Positions 23,565-37,134 are shown, numbered from the stretch's first letter. The stretch is DNA of 64,000 nucleotides from Scyliorhinus canicula (GCF_902713615.1 NC_052171.1:20248324-20312323), one strand, 5' to 3'. Made by a program: numbers and translations. The notes: generated from the letters alone by a model not told the origin.

Positions 23565-23689
23565 ATGAAGAATGGCCACTGGGGAAACTCTTTCTTCCCT
23601 CCAATATGACGCCAGGGTTTCCCGTGCACTGCATGTCCTCGGTCACCACTCCGTCCGGGAAGCAGCGGTAGAAATAGTCTGGCCGTGGC
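23565..23689 (-). CDS. PLPP5: PLPP5 exon ([42 protein letters not shown])
   Basis: tcacag acceptor, T|gtaagt donor; 125 nt; PAP2 C1 (RP) and C2 (PSGH) motifs. Confidence 0.96.
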
Positions 23690-23844
23690 CTGTGAACGGG
23701 GAGAACCAAACAACAGCTTAACCATTCCCACCGCAAAGTACACTGCCACAATACTGCATTCTCCCACAAACACTGGGAGGCTGTGAGAGACGGACAATAA
23801 ACACATGTCATCGACTCACGCTCCAAATCAGAAACTCAGGCGTA

Positions 23845-24182
23845 ACATAGAACAGTACAGCACAGAACAGGCCCTTCGGCCCTCGATGTTGTGCCGAGCA
23901 ATGATCACCCTACTCAAACCCACGTATCCACCCTATACCCGTAACCCAACAACCCCTCCTTAACCTTACTTTTTAGGACACTACGGGCAATTTAGCATGG
24001 CCAATCCACCTAACCCGCACATCTTTGGACTGTGAGAGGAAACCGGAGCACCCGGAGGAAACCCACGCACACACGGGGAGGACGTGCAGACTCCGCACAG
24101 ACAGTGACCCAGCCGGGAACCGAACCTGGGACCCTGGAGCTGTGAAGCATTTATGCTAACCACAATGCTACCATGTTGCCCT
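23845..24182 (-). mobile_element. Full-length V-SINE with CR1-type tail
   Basis: Reverse complement of the family at 34441 and 40551. Confidence 0.9.
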
Positions 24183-24299
24183 TAAATCTTTACCCAGAGA
24201 GTGGGTGGCATGTGCAATGGTGACAGAGCTGAACAGCAAAGATGCGTTTAGGGAAGAGGCCGATAATCCTGAGTGAGGAACACTGACAGGGCGGAAAAA

Positions 24300-26040
24300 G
24301 GCCAACATGGACCAGAAGACATGGCAGCAGAGGTTGGGCCACGGACTTTGTTGAGAAGCTGTTTGCATCCATCCCAGACGAGGATTCATATCAGCTGATA
24401 ATTGGGGGCGGTTCTAATAGCGTGTTGGATCCTCGGAGGGATAGGTCCAGCCCCAAGCGAATGGCCAGGTCGGCTAACTCCCGTATTGATTTTATTGTGG
24501 CGGGGTAGTTGGGGGGGGGTCTGGGGGGGGAAGAATATGCAGGGATACTGATTTCAGACCATGCACCATGTCATGTGGACATGACGTTCGAATCGGTGCG
24601 GGCCCAGAGACACGGGTGGAGGTTTAATTCACCGCTCCTGGTGGGATTGGCGATAATGAACTCTGTGGAGCTCACTCAGAACAGGGAGGAATTGAATGTG
24701 GTGGTCCGGGGGGAGGCCCACAGGGACAACGTTGAGAGGGAGGAGAGGCAGAGGTTGGTGAATGTTATTGTAGAGGTGGATGGGGTGTACTCGCTGGCCC
24801 CAACTAGGGAGCTGTTGGCTGAAAGCAAGGTGCAGGGGCAGTTTCACTGAACGACAATAGGGAAAGCGGTGGGTCATCTTCGATGCTCCAGAGAGGGTTC
24901 AGCATTTTATTATTATTATCTTTGTTTCATGGGTGCAGTTGCTGTGTGCATCCCGCACGGTGAGTGTAAGGACGAACAAGATTGGGGTATTTTAGGTTGC
25001 ATTGGGAAACAAGGCAGGGATGCTTGATGTCCCCGTTAGTGTTTGCGTTGGCTATTGAGCTCCTGATGATGGCATTGTGGGCTTCAAGTGAAAGGGCATT
25101 GTGAGGGGAGGGAGGGAGCACAGGGTGTCACTTATGCAGGTGATTTATTGCTATACATTTCTTTTTTTTATAAATTTAGATTACCCAATTAATGTTTTCC
25201 AATTAAGGGGCAAACCGCCTACGCTGCACAACCTTCCGGGTCGTGGGGGTGGGACCCACGTAGACTCGGGGAGAATGTGCAAACTCCACACGGGCAGTGA
25301 CCCAGAGCCGGGATCGGACCCGGGTCCTCGGTGCCGTGAGGCAGCAGTGCTAACCACTGCGCCACCGTGCTGCCCCTTTGCTATACGTTTCTAACCCGCT
25401 GGATTGCATGGAGAAAATAATAGACCGACTGGGGAAGTTGGGGGCATTTGCTGGGTATCAACTGGACATGGCAAAATGTGAGGTGTTTCCGATGAATGCT
25501 GGGCCGCAATGGAACCTGGCCAGTCAGGTAGAGGGAGGGGGGGTCAGAGGGGATTTGACAAGGTGGGACATCCTGCTGCTGTCCCTGGTGGGGAAGGAGG
25601 GTATAAACCATGAAGCTGGACGTTTTGCCGAGGTTTCTATTTGTTTTTCAGTCCCTTCCAATATTCCTTCCAAAGGTGTTTTCCCGGAGGATGGATAAAT
25701 TAATCCCGGAGTTTGTTTGGGCAGGCAAGGTGCCCAGGATTCAGAGGAGAGAGGGCGGCAGGGTGACGTTCCCTGACCTGTTATTGGGCGGTGGGAACCA
25801 CAGGTTTATACCAGGAGGGGTGGATGCGATGGGAGTTGGCACACGGAAGGGATCGAGCAGGTTAGGGACCTGTTCATAGAGGGGAGGTTTGCGAGGCGAG
25901 ATGAATTGCAGGGGAAGTTTGAGCTGCAGGGCGCGGGATTCTGAGCCTTAATCTCTCGGCACGCGCTGTTGGATAAGTTGGCAACTTCAGATGGGCGGGG
26001 GGGGTGGGGACTGTTTGGGGTAATTTAGGGAAGAGAAAGG
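24300..26040 (+). mobile_element. Heavily decayed L1-like LINE ORF2 fragments, with a V-SINE at ~25160-25376 (-)
   Basis: Remnants ISDHAP, RIDF, LPRFLFVFQSLPIFLPK, FVWAGKVPRI. Confidence 0.75.
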
Positions 26041-26166
26041 GGAAGATTGACACACTGGTTGAGAAGTGTTTATATCTGGTGGCAGTTTGTGTATATTATC
26101 GATCGTGCTGGGAATAAAGTGGATATATGTTTAACCTGCAGCAAGCCAGCGCAGAGCCTTCCTTAC

Positions 26167-26230
26167 CTTCCGATCGCCAGTTTCAATGTGTTTGTAATCA
26201 CTCCGTTCAAAACCAGGCCCAGAGACGCGG
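26167..26230 (-). CDS. PLPP5: PLPP5 exon (AASLGLVLNGVITNTLKLAIGR)
   Basis: ttacag acceptor, AG|gtaagg donor; 64 nt, phase 1->2; contains the C1 lysine. Confidence 0.94.
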
Positions 26231-27541
26231 CTGTAAGTGGAAACACAACAATCACATGAGCTTTCAAACCAGAACAGAAAATCTGCTGAAGAGAATCACT
26301 GATCCGGCACTGCCTGGAGTTGAGGGAGTCCGGTACGGATGACGGATGTGCCTTCCAAAGAGAACAGCCACGCGGATGGGAACAGCTTCATCCTGGCCAT
26401 GGATGCTGCTCTCGGTAACAGTGACCACGGGAGTATCATCGATTATTGTCAAAACACCATCTGGTTCACTCATGTCCTTCAGGGAAGGAAATCTGCCGCC
26501 CTTACCTGGTCTGACCCACAGCGATATGGTTGACTCTTCACCACCCCCTCTCTGAAATGGCCAAGCGGGGCACTCAGTTGTATGAAAACAAGCGATCCAA
26601 GGTCACCCCTTCCTGGCGTTAGTGTTGTAATTCGCCAGGTAAATAAGTCAAGCAAGGCACCACAGGAACTATCTTGGACCCTGGATCAATCTAGATGAAC
26701 TGAAACTCCACTGGAGGCTGGAACTGAACCCAGGTCACTGGCGCTATGAGGCAGCAACGCCAACCACTGTGCCGCCCAATTGAACAGTTGCTGCTGGGGT
26801 CTGTTTCTCTCATCGTGACAGAATGTTGTCATTCCTTACAGGCCTGCCTAAGCAATCAGAATCGGCAGGAGGAGCAATCTCAACAGAGTTTACATGTAAA
26901 CAGAGGACACTGCCCAGTGAGATATCGAGCTGACTTCTTAACCCTTCACCAGGCCAGGAGAGTGGAGCTGACAACAGTAGCTCAACTGCTGACCCATTTG
27001 TGCCGGGTGCTGTCCACACGACACGCTGGCGTCACTGGATCAACGTCAGGAGCAGGATCAATATTGATTTGCTGCTTCCCCCCCCCAGACCAAGCAGCAC
27101 ACTTGCTCATGTGCCTCAAAGCAGGCCAAATTCAGGTCATCGAGGCCAACATTCCTGCGAAGCACTGAGGAAGGGCTGCACAGTCGGAGGTGCGGCCTTT
27201 CGCACGGGAATGTTAAACGCAAGCCAGATAATCCCCCCTCCCAGATAAATCCCCCCCATCCCATCGCACTAATTCCAACCGGAGTCAGGGAGTCTTCCCC
27301 CCCCAGTCGCCATCTCTCTACCGACGCCGCTGAAAGCAAAGGGACTATTGGTTGATTGATTGCCGGGATCCTGCTGTGCACGCGGTGGCTGCGGCGATTG
27401 CCGACATTACACCGGTGAGAATCGACCATTGCTGGGAAGCGATTTGGCATGTTCCGGGCACGAGCGGTTTTATTTTTTTGTCTGTCGATGCGGATTCATT
27501 TGAATCGGGATATTCACTGAGTTGAAATTGGCATCGCTCAC

Positions 27542-27632
27542 CTAAACAACCTTCCTTCACATCGTCGTTTTCTGTGCGATTCAGCACCTTCATCAGAAGT
27601 ATCACCATCAATGGCGTCAGGAAGGAAATGGC
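27542..27632 (-). CDS. PLPP5: PLPP5 exon (AISFLTPLMVILLMKVLNRTENDDVKEGCL)
   Basis: caacag acceptor, G|gtgagc donor; 91 nt, phase 0->1. Confidence 0.92.
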
Positions 27633-28595
27633 CTGTTGAAGGAAGAACGGTAATGGTTATTCCCCGAATTAGAAAACAGGCAAGCTGGCTCTGCACCTTG
27701 TATCGATGGAGAAGCGACAGAGAGGGGTTTTGATGACAAATAGCCCCGTTCCTCCGCCCGCTCACTGCGCTCGAGAACTGTACGAGTGAAGCTCAATCTC
27801 ACACAATCCAGCATCAGCTCTGCTGAGCCAGGCTGCCAGCTGGAGGGAGGCACCACACTCAGTTTCAGAGTCACTGTGTCTACCAGAGAGAACAATCTGC
27901 CCGACCCAACTTCCTCACTCTGTCCAGGTGGCTTGTTTGACTGAACTGATCTTCCGAAAAGCAAGGACAACCCGTTTCTTTTTTTTTTTAAACACACATT
28001 TTTGAAGGCATTTAATGGTTTGACAACAACAAAAGGTACAAATACAAATGTAAACATTATTCAGTGCGTAACACCCCGCACCCAACCAACAACCATACCC
28101 CGCCAACTTGTCCTGCACACACACTCCATAAGTCCCTCCATCTCTTCTTGCTGTTCCCGCTTAAACAAAACTAAACTAACTCCCCCTACCCCCATTCCCT
28201 AACCCCCCCCCCCCTTACTATATCTGCTAACAGTTTAGTTTTCCCCAAAGAAGTCGCTAAACGGCTGCCACCTCCGAACGAACCCTGACGCTGATCCTCT
28301 CAGGGCGAACTGAATTTTCCCCAGCCTGAGAAACCCGGCCAAGTCACTGACCCATTACCCCCCATTGCAGGGGTTCCGACTCCCTCCACGCCAATAAGAT
28401 CCGTCTCCGGGCTACCAAGGAGGCAAAGGCCAAAACGCCAGCCTCTCTTGTCCCCTGGACTCCCGGCTTTTCCGACACTCCACAAATCGCCACCTCCGGG
28501 CTCGGTGCCACCCTCGTTTTTAGGACAACCCCTTTCTTTGTTCACTGGGCAACACAACACCGCTTTACTCAGCATGGTGAAGTGTTCACACTTAC

Positions 28596-28704
28596 AAACA
28601 TGTGCCAAGTCGGGACAGTATCCCTCTCGCTACGAGGGTTCTTGTACAGCCACATCTCCTCCGGATGAATAATTCGATGGAACGGAGTTAATGTCTCAGT
28701 GATC
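28596..28704 (-). CDS. PLPP5: PLPP5 exon (ITETLTPFHRIIHPEEMWLYKNPRSERDTVPTWHMF)
   Basis: gtacag acceptor, |gtaagt donor; 109 nt, phase 2->0; PFxRxIxPEEMWLY. Confidence 0.95.
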
Positions 28705-28989
28705 CTGTACAATACAAACAGCAGACAATTACAACGCATGTTCATTCAATACCTCAACACCATTTTCATCCCTTACTCCATCAGGCAACCTGTTCTGAAG
28801 AATACTGCATTGCAATCAATCTGGACTTATAACTTCAAAAGATACAGGAGCACAATTAGGCCATTCGGCCTATCGAGTCTGCTCCGTCATTCTATCATGA
28901 CCGATGTGTTCCTCATCTGCTCCCTACAATCCTGCAGGCCAAGAGCTGGAATGTGAAATCAGCCGGAGCATCTCCTCCCTGGAACACAT

Positions 28990-29560
28990 GAGCTCGGAGC
29001 GGGAGGAGGCAATTTAGCTTCCCGAGCCTAACACCCTCAATGTGATCATGGCTGATCCCATCCTGGCCTCAACTCCACCATCCTCCCCGTTCTCCATAAC
29101 CCTTCAACCCATTACCAATAAAAAATCTGTCGAGGGCAGCACGGTGGCGCAGTGGTTAGCACTGCAGCCTCACGGCGCCGAGGACCCGGGTTCGATCCCG
29201 GCTCTGGGTCAGTGTCCGTGTTTGCACATTCTCCCCGTGTTTGCGTGGGATTCGCCCCCATAACCCAAAGATGTGCAGAGTAGATGGATTGGTCGCGCTA
29301 AATTGCCCTTTTGGAAATAATTAATTGGGTACTCTAAATTTATATATTTTTTAATCTGTCTAACTCCTCCTTAAATTTACTCACCGTCCCAGCATCCACC
29401 GCACTCTGGGGGAGCGAATTCCACAAATTCACAACCCTTTGGGAGCAGTTTCCCCTCCTGTTTTAAATTTGCTGCCTCTTATCCTCAGCCTGTGACCTCT
29501 CATTCTTGACTGCCCCACAAGAGGAAGCATCCGCTCCACGTCTACTTTATCCATACCTTT
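28990..29560 (-). mobile_element. CR1 3' fragment interrupted by a V-SINE (+, ~29133-29345)
   Basis: MKGMDKVDVERMLPLVGQSRMRGHRLRIRG-type remnant. Confidence 0.75.
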
Positions 29561-31160
29561 TAGCTGGCGTTCCCGAACTTGATAAATTATTGTTGGACAG
29601 CGAATATTGCGATGGTGAGGAAGTGGGCTTTGGAGGAGGGGTCGGTCTGGGGAAGGGTGGAGGCAGCATCGTGTCAGGGCACGGTTTTTAAAAAATATTT
29701 TTATTCTCCTCCTGTTTCGCATTTTCATCCAAATTTACACCCACCAACAAACAATCCGCAGTAACAAATACAATGTCAATCCCCTGGCCAACAATCCCCT
29801 CCTCTCAACAACCCTCAACATTTTAAATACAAATGTCAAAGAAAAGGTTTGAGGACTCCGCCATCTACCCCATACATAGTCACCAACAACGTACACAGTC
29901 CAACACCCCCCCCCCACCCACCCCATACATAGTCACCAACAACATACACAGTCCAACACCCCCCCCCACCCACCCCATACATAGTCACCAACAACATAGA
30001 CAGTCCAACACCCCCACCCACCCCATACATAGTCACCAACAACATACACAGTCCAACACCCCCCCATCCACCCCATACATAGTCACCAACAACATACACA
30101 GTCCAACACCCCCCCATCCACCCCATACATAGTCACCAACAACATACACAGTCCAACACCACCCCACCCACCCCATACATAGTCACCAACAACATACACA
30201 GTCCAACACCCCCCCCACCCACCCCATACATAGTCACCAACAACATACACAGTCCAACACCCCCCCCATCCACCCCATACATAGTCACCAACAACATACA
30301 CAGTCCAACACCCCCCCACCCACCACATACATAGTCACCAACAACATACACAGTCCAACACTCCCCCATCCACCCCATGCATAGTCACCAACAACATACA
30401 CAGTCCAACACTCCCCCATCCACCCCATACATAGTCACCAACAACATACATAGACCAACACCCCCCCACCCACCCCAACGCCCCTTCCCCCAATGTTCAA
30501 TGTCATCCAAATCTTGAAAAGTGCATAATAAACAAAGCCCGTGAATTGTAGAACTCTTCCATCCTTCCCCTCAACTCAAACTTCACCTTCTCGAGTGTTA
30601 AAAACTCCAACAGATCCCCCCACCACCCCAGGGCACAGGGTGGAGCGACTGACCTCCACCCCAACAGGACCTGCCTTCAGCCGATCAGCAAAGCGAAGGC
30701 TAAAACATCTGCCTCCGCACTCGCTTCCAATCCCGGTCGATCCGATATCCCGAACATGGCCTCCAGAGGACCCGGCTCAAGGCTCACGTGTACCACCTTC
30801 GAGATTACCCTGAACACCTCCCTCCAATACCTACAGCTTTGGGCTGATGAGTCTGAGGGCACTGCTGCTGGCGCCTTTGCGTTCTTGCCGGCCAGGTACT
30901 CTGTAAGCCCAGTGGTGGTGTGGGCTTTAAGGGTGTGGGGGCTGTGTCGCCAGCACTTTGGGCTGGATGGCATGTCGTTGTGACAATCACAGGTTTGTGC
31001 CGGCTGGGCTGGACGCGAGGTTTCGGGATTGGCGGTGGGCGGGAATTGAGTCCTTGAGACGCAAATTGGCGGAGCTGGCAGAGTTGGAGGAATTGTATAA
31101 CCTGCCCAAGGGGAATGCCTTTAGGTACCAGCAGTTTTGGGATTTCTGGGATGAAGTCTG
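29560..31160. mobile_element. Interleaved L1-like fragments (a minus-strand 3' end inserted within a plus-strand piece)
   Basis: YCWTANIAMVRKW (+), SLEPGPLEAMFGISD (-), CDNHRFVPAGLD (+). Confidence 0.7.
29868..30476. repeat. ~48-bp minisatellite (CCACCCCATACATAGTCACCAACAACATACACAGTCCAACACCCCCC)n
   Basis: ~12 near-identical tandem copies. Confidence 0.97.
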
Positions 31161-31199
31161 ATCTGGTAGCCCTGTTTTTTTTATAGATCAGAAGTAAAG

Positions 31200-32290
31200 G
31201 CAGTTTTCTGTCTCCGGAGAATAGTTAAAAAAAGAGTTATAACATTTGAAAGCAGAGCAATCTTGTTTGAAGATAAGCTGAAACAACCCAGTTTAAGCAG
31301 CTATATTAAGACATAGAATTATAGAATCCCTGCAGTGCCCATCCCGTCTGCACCGACCCTCTGAAAGAGCAGCCTTACCTCGGTCCTTTGCCCTGCACTA
31401 TCTCCGTAACCCCTCCTTACCGGCATATCTTTGGGCAGTGGGAGGAAACTGAAGCACCTGGAGGAAACCCGTACAGACACGGGGAGAAAGCGCAAACTCC
31501 AAAGACACTCCCTTAAGGTGGGATTTGAACGAGGGGACCTGGAGCTGTGAGGCAGGAGTGCTAACCACTGTGCCACCGTGCTGCCCCATTCAGCCAGAGT
31601 CTGCAGGGGTTCTAACTGGGACCCAAATCTGTTGTGCAGAGCAAGTATTGCTCTGTGCCCTGCTAGATTGAGAGCTGTATGTTTCTTGTTGTTTCATGGG
31701 GAATTGAGTAACAGTGTTAAGGGATAATTGCAAGCTGTCCTTTTCAGATGTGAAGTTAAAGCATTTAGTATTGTATTTATAATAAAGTTTGGTTTTAAAA
31801 ATACCAAATCCCTATTCCTTCGTGCAATCACTCCTGGAGTGAGGGCAGTACGGTAGCATTGTGGATAGCACAATTGCTTCACAGCTCCAGGGTCCCAGGT
31901 TCGATTCCCGGCTGGGTCACTGTCTGTGCGGAGTCTGCACGTTCTCCCCATGTCTGCGTGGGTTTCCTCCGGGTGCTCCGATTTCCTCTCACAGTCCAAA
32001 GATGTGCAGGTTAGGTGAATTGGCCGTGATAAATTGCCCTTAGAGTCCAAAATTGCCCTTAGTGTTGGGTGGGGTTACTGAGTTATGGGGATAGGGTGGA
32101 GGTGTTGACCTTGGGTAGGTTGCTCTTTCCAAGAGCCGGTGCAGACTCGATGGGCCGAATGGCCTCCTTCTGTACTGTAAATTCTATGATAATCTATGAA
32201 TCATTCTTTCCACACAGTCTTCCAAATAAACTAAAATAATGGGGTTTCGGACCTGTATCCTCACCGCTGTTGGGGTCTGGTCTGTATAAT
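31200..32290 (+). mobile_element. Old LTR-like element with two inserted SINEs (~31315-31587 -, ~31841-32198 +); related copy at ~44250-45152
   Basis: Shared ...taaagttt...aatcactcc..agtga...ctttccacacagtct...aaaata...gtttcgg.cc.gt...tgggg.ctggtc. Confidence 0.55.
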
Positions 32291-33126
32291 TCCTTGTTTG
32301 GCTCGGGGTTATTGAACTTAAAAGACGGTGAGTGTGTGAAATGTAATCGCGGGTGACTGGAGGTGGCTCTTGCAGTTGCAAAAATGTGTTTGTGTGTTGG
32401 AGCGATTACTCGGGATGGTTTGCAGAGGGAGACTAAAGCAAAACGTTTGGGTTTGGCGTTGAAGCTCCAGTTAACCTTGACTAAAGGGGTGAGGACGGAT
32501 TAATGTGGAGCAGAGATCCCCGTGTATAACCCAGGCTGGTACTCCCCGCACAGCGCTAATGGAATGCTACACCTCCGGACAAGCCCTCGCTCTGACCCAA
32601 TGTTAAACGGGGGACCCCATCCACGCTTTGCTGTCTGTGACAACTTGCTGTTTGAAAATAAGTCACGACACGTCATAGCAGCTTTGGGACATCCTGGGGC
32701 CATGCAAGGCGCTATTCAAATGCAGGACTTTCTCTGGTCCTGTGGCCACCAATGGGGTTCCGACCACACAAAGTGAGTTCACGCAACCTCCTCGCGGCCA
32801 CAGGACGCCGGACGTTCTGATAGTGAGCTGACTTTCACATCCGCCTGCACTCCAACCCGAACATCCATCACCGTCAAAAAACTCTCAGGCTGCAGCTGCT
32901 TCCTCGCTTCTTCAAACCACAGGCGGGGCATTGCTGCCTCACGGCGCCGAGGTCCCGGGTTCGAGTCCTGGCCCCGGGTCACTGTCCGTGTGGAGTTTGA
33001 ACATTCTCCCCGTGTCTGCGTGGGTTTCACCTCCCCCCCCCACACCCCAAAGATGTGCAGAGTTTTCGACGGTGACGGACGTTGGGAGTTGGAGCGCAGG
33101 CGGAGTCGGAAAGCTGAAACACTTAC

Positions 33127-33197
33127 AGGAATATGGCAAACAGGAGGAATCTCAGTGCCACTTCGCAGATCACATTGACGATGGCATTCCTCCGCAT
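33127..33197 (-). CDS. PLPP5: PLPP5 first coding exon (MRRNAIVNVICEVALRFLLFAIFL); exon extends to acceptor at 33238
   Basis: Kozak-like GTCACCATG, in-frame upstream TGA, CT|gtaagt donor; the seven exons total 798 nt = 265 aa + stop. Confidence 0.9.
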
Positions 33198-34440
33198 GGT
33201 GACCCGAGTTTGATTCCCTCGGACCTTTCAGTGCCAATCTGTTTGAAAAGACAAGGCCAACGAGTTAGGACATGCTGATACGCAAACAGATCAGTCATTG
33301 ACAGTCACGTGGGAGTACATGCTCTGTATCAGCCAAGCCAGATTGGGAAAGTGCAGGTTAGTGATTTATTTTTTAAAATATTTTCATTCAGATTTCAAAA
33401 TAGTACAAAACAGAATAACACGCTGGCACGCACATAAAACCTCAAAAAAACAGCCCAACCCTCCCACAACCTAACGCCTCATCCCGTCCCTTCTCCCCCC
33501 TCCCTTAACAACTGAGGGTGACCAACTCGTTAAACAATACACGGCTGCCACCTCTGGTGGAACCCCTCAACTGCCCGCCTGACGGTCTACTTGACTTTCT
33601 CGAGGTGTAGGAACTCTGCCAGATCTCCCAGCGACACTGGGGCGCTGGGTGGCGAAGCAGAACTCCTCCCCACCCCCCGCTCCCCCAGCAGTACTCCCCC
33701 TATCCCGGGGAATCAGTGAGGCGAAGGCCAGGACTTAGGCGCCCCCCTCATGCGAGGGTCGCAGCTCCGGCCAGTCTGAGACACCCCAAATATGGGTGAG
33801 GGGAAAACCGGAACGTCCGACCTCACTCAGGGGAGCTTTCAAATGGGGAAGGCAGTGTGTCCCTCTGTCTTTATGAGATTCAGAGGAATCTGCTTTTAAA
33901 TTCCAGGCAGTATGCGCGTGAAGTTGGTGCACCAACTCCGTCTCACGCAAGCTCCTGTGTGTAACCCACTACAGACAGTTACATGGGCAGGGTGGGTAGA
34001 GGGAGATATGGGCCAAATGCAGACAAGTGGGACTAACTCAGTGACAGAAACTGGGTGGCATGGACCAGCTGGGCCGAAGGGCCTGTTTCCTTGCTTTAAA
34101 CATCGAAGCTGCAACCCAACTGGGAGATATCAAACCTTGAGGTTGGTGTCGTTTAAAGGTTTAGTTGGAGCTTGTTCGCCCTTCTCCACCCTGCGATCGT
34201 CCGTGTGCTGACGACCACGGGTCACCTCGTCACCAAGCCAGGTGGAGCTCTGCCAACCCGATGAGGAGTTGAGGGCAAACACACAGCTCACAGGACTGCC
34301 AAAGCTCCCGTTTCAAAAAGGCTGAAACCACCTCCAACGACAGCCAAATTATATTTTACACACCCTCAGTTAGGTTTCACACCCACAGGAACTCAGCTTC
34401 AGAAGGCCATTCAGCCCCTTCAGTTTGCTGATTTGTAACA

Positions 34441-34770
34441 CGGCAGCACGGTGGTTAGCATAAATGCTTCACAGCTCCAGGGTCCCAGGTTCGATTCCCG
34501 GCTGGGTCACTGTTTGTGCGGAGTCTGCACGTCCTCCCCGTGTGTGCGTGGGTTTCCTCCGGGTGCTCCGGTTTCCTCCCACAGTCCAAAGATGTGCGGG
34601 TTAGGTGGATTGGCCATGATAAATTGCCCTTAGTGTCCTAAAAAATAAGGTTAATGGGGGGGTTGTTGGGTTAAGGGTATGGGGTGGATACGTGGGTTTG
34701 AGTAGGGTGATCATCACAACATCGAGGGCCGAAGGGCCTGTTCTGTGCTGTACTGTTCTATGTTCTATGT
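34441..34770 (+). mobile_element. Full-length V-SINE with CR1-type (TTCTATG)n tail
   Basis: A/B boxes, V-core, tail matching the CR1 3' end at 58940-59001. Confidence 0.9.
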
Positions 34771-36214
34771 AACGCAGTTCCATCTGTCTGCTCTTGCGCC
34801 ACCCTCCTCAACAGGCTATTTAGCACAGGGCTAAATCGCTGGCTTTGAAAGCAGACCAAGGCAGGCCAGCAGCACGGTTCGATTCCCGTAACAGCCTCCC
34901 TGAACAGGCGCCAGAATGTGGCGACTAGAGGCTTTTCACTGCAACTTCGTTTGAAGCCTACTTGTTACAATAAGCGATTTTCATTTCATTTCAAATAAGA
35001 ATTTACTGAGAAAGCTCCCCCAGCCTTTGGGAGGACAAAGCACTTTCCCCTCCAAATGGCAGCTCTGTCGTGTCCAGGTTATGCCCTTCTGCCCTGGATA
35101 CACCGCTCGCCCCCACCTCCACTGGAGATAGTTTCTGCTCCCTCCCCTGATTCTTTGATCAATTTGAACAGTCCTCACTGTGAAAACTGCTCGGTCGTTC
35201 TTTTAAACAGACTCACCAGCTGGAGTGCTGGAACCGCAAAGGAAACCTTGCAGGGAGGTGATGGATTCTGACAGCCCGTGGGCACACACAAATTCTACAC
35301 CCCTTAATCTTTTATACTCAAGGCAAAGTCAAGCTCATCCGACCAAACCGAACAATTTAACCCTCTGTTCCCCGTGCGGTAGACTCTGGGGAGCTGAAGC
35401 TTTCAGAGTGAAGGTGGATGGGGCCTGTGGTTATTGCAGCACAGTGGTTAGCATTTCTGCCTCACAATGCCAGAGACCCGGGTTCGATTCCGGCCTCGGG
35501 TGACGGTCTGTGCAGAGTCTGCACTTTCTCTCCGTGGCTGCGTGGGTTTCCTCCGGATGCTCCGGCTTCCTCCCACAGTCTGAAGATGTGCAGGTTAGAT
35601 GCTTTGGCCGCGCTAAATTTCCCCCTTGTGCCCCAAGGTTAGGTGGATTTACGAGGGTAGGGTGAGGAGGCAGGCCACAGTGAGGTGCGTTTTCAGAGGG
35701 TGGGTGCAGACCCGATGGGCCAAAAGGCCTCCTTCTGCACTGGGGGGGATTCCACGATCACGACAGGCATGTCAAACTAATCCCCCTTGTACATTTACCC
35801 AAGTGCGTGTCTGCAATGTTGATGGCAGTCGGTAATTTGGATCGCTCGCTGTGTAACGACACACCACAATCTGATCGGCAGGGAAAGGCCGCACTGCTTC
35901 TTCAGTCCTCGCTGTCACACAGCATGTTGTTTGAACGCGCTCGTTCAACGAGTTCATCCCAACTCCCTGTTCTTTTCCCGACTAGGGACTTTTCACAGTA
36001 ACTTCATTGGACGCCTACTTGTGACAATAAGCGTTTTCCATTCATTTTCAATTCAATATGTTAATTCCTTTTTGAAACTGTTTTGTTTCTAATAATTGCA
36101 AGGGATGTGGGCATCGCTGGGCTGGGCCAGCAGTTGCTGCCCATCCCTAATTGCCTTCCAACTGAGTGTGTCCCTCAGTCATTTCAGAAGGGGAGGCAGT
36201 TAACAGTCAACCAT

Positions 36215-36668
36215 GGGTTTTTTCCCCGGGTGGAACACACCATTACAAGGGGACATAAATTTAAGATAAATGGTGGAAGATATAGAGGGGATGTCAGAGG
36301 TAGGTTCTTTACCCAGAGAGTCGTGGGGGCATGGAATGCACTACCTGTGGAAGTAGTTGAGTCGGAAACGATAGGGACCTTCAAGCGGCTATTGGATAGG
36401 TACATGGATTAGGGTAGAATAATGGAGTGTAGGTTAACTTCTTAAGGGCAGCACGGTAGCATTGTGGATAGCACAATTGCTTCACAGCTCCAGGGTCCTG
36501 TGCGTGGGTTTCCTCCAGGCACTCCGGTTTCCTCCCACAGTCCAAAGATGTGCAGGTTGGGTGGATTGGCCATGAAAAATTGTCCAAAATTCTATGATTA
36601 ACCTAGGACAAAAGTTTGGCGCAACATTGTGGGCCGAAGGGCCTGTTCTGTGCTGTATTTCTCTCTCT
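36215..36668 (+). mobile_element. CR1 3' end carrying an embedded, internally deleted SINE
   Basis: TRGHKFK...FFTQRVVGAWNALP...LDRYMD*, then SINE head/core 36446-36597, then CR1 tail; flanked by AACCA. Confidence 0.8.
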
Positions 36669-37134
36669 AACCACACATTGCTGTGGGTATGGAGTCACGT
36701 GGAGGCCAGCTTGGGTAAGGCAGCAGATTTCTTTCCCAAACCAGCTGGGCTTTTACAGCAATCGATGACAGTTGCCGTTGTCACCACTGCTGAGACGAGC
36801 TTTATATTCCAGATTTTCTTTCAATTTATCAATTGATTTTGTTCGTCAACCGCATTCAAATTCCACCAGGTGGCACAGTGGGATTTGAACCCAAATTCGC
36901 CAGATATCATGTATCCCAACGTGATACACCAAGCGACGTTTCCAGTGCTTCCCAGATGACAACAGCCCACTGACTGCCAACATTTCCCATTGCCCCTCTG
37001 GTTCAGTCACAAGGGCACAGAAAGAGGCCATTTGGTCCATCGAGTCAATGCCAGCTCTCAGCGGAGCTACCTACAGTCCCACTCCAAACCGCAACCAGAA
37101 TTTCCTTTTGAAATCATTCATTGTGACACAGTGA

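Noticed and set aside
1055-33197. Alternative assignment as SEC23IP / PLPP4
   Set aside because: C-termini (EIYQTLG; DVLAGSVIG...FKLDV), PSGH rather than PSIH, and the tail-to-tail layout fit DDHD2/PLPP5 better; not confirmed by a tree
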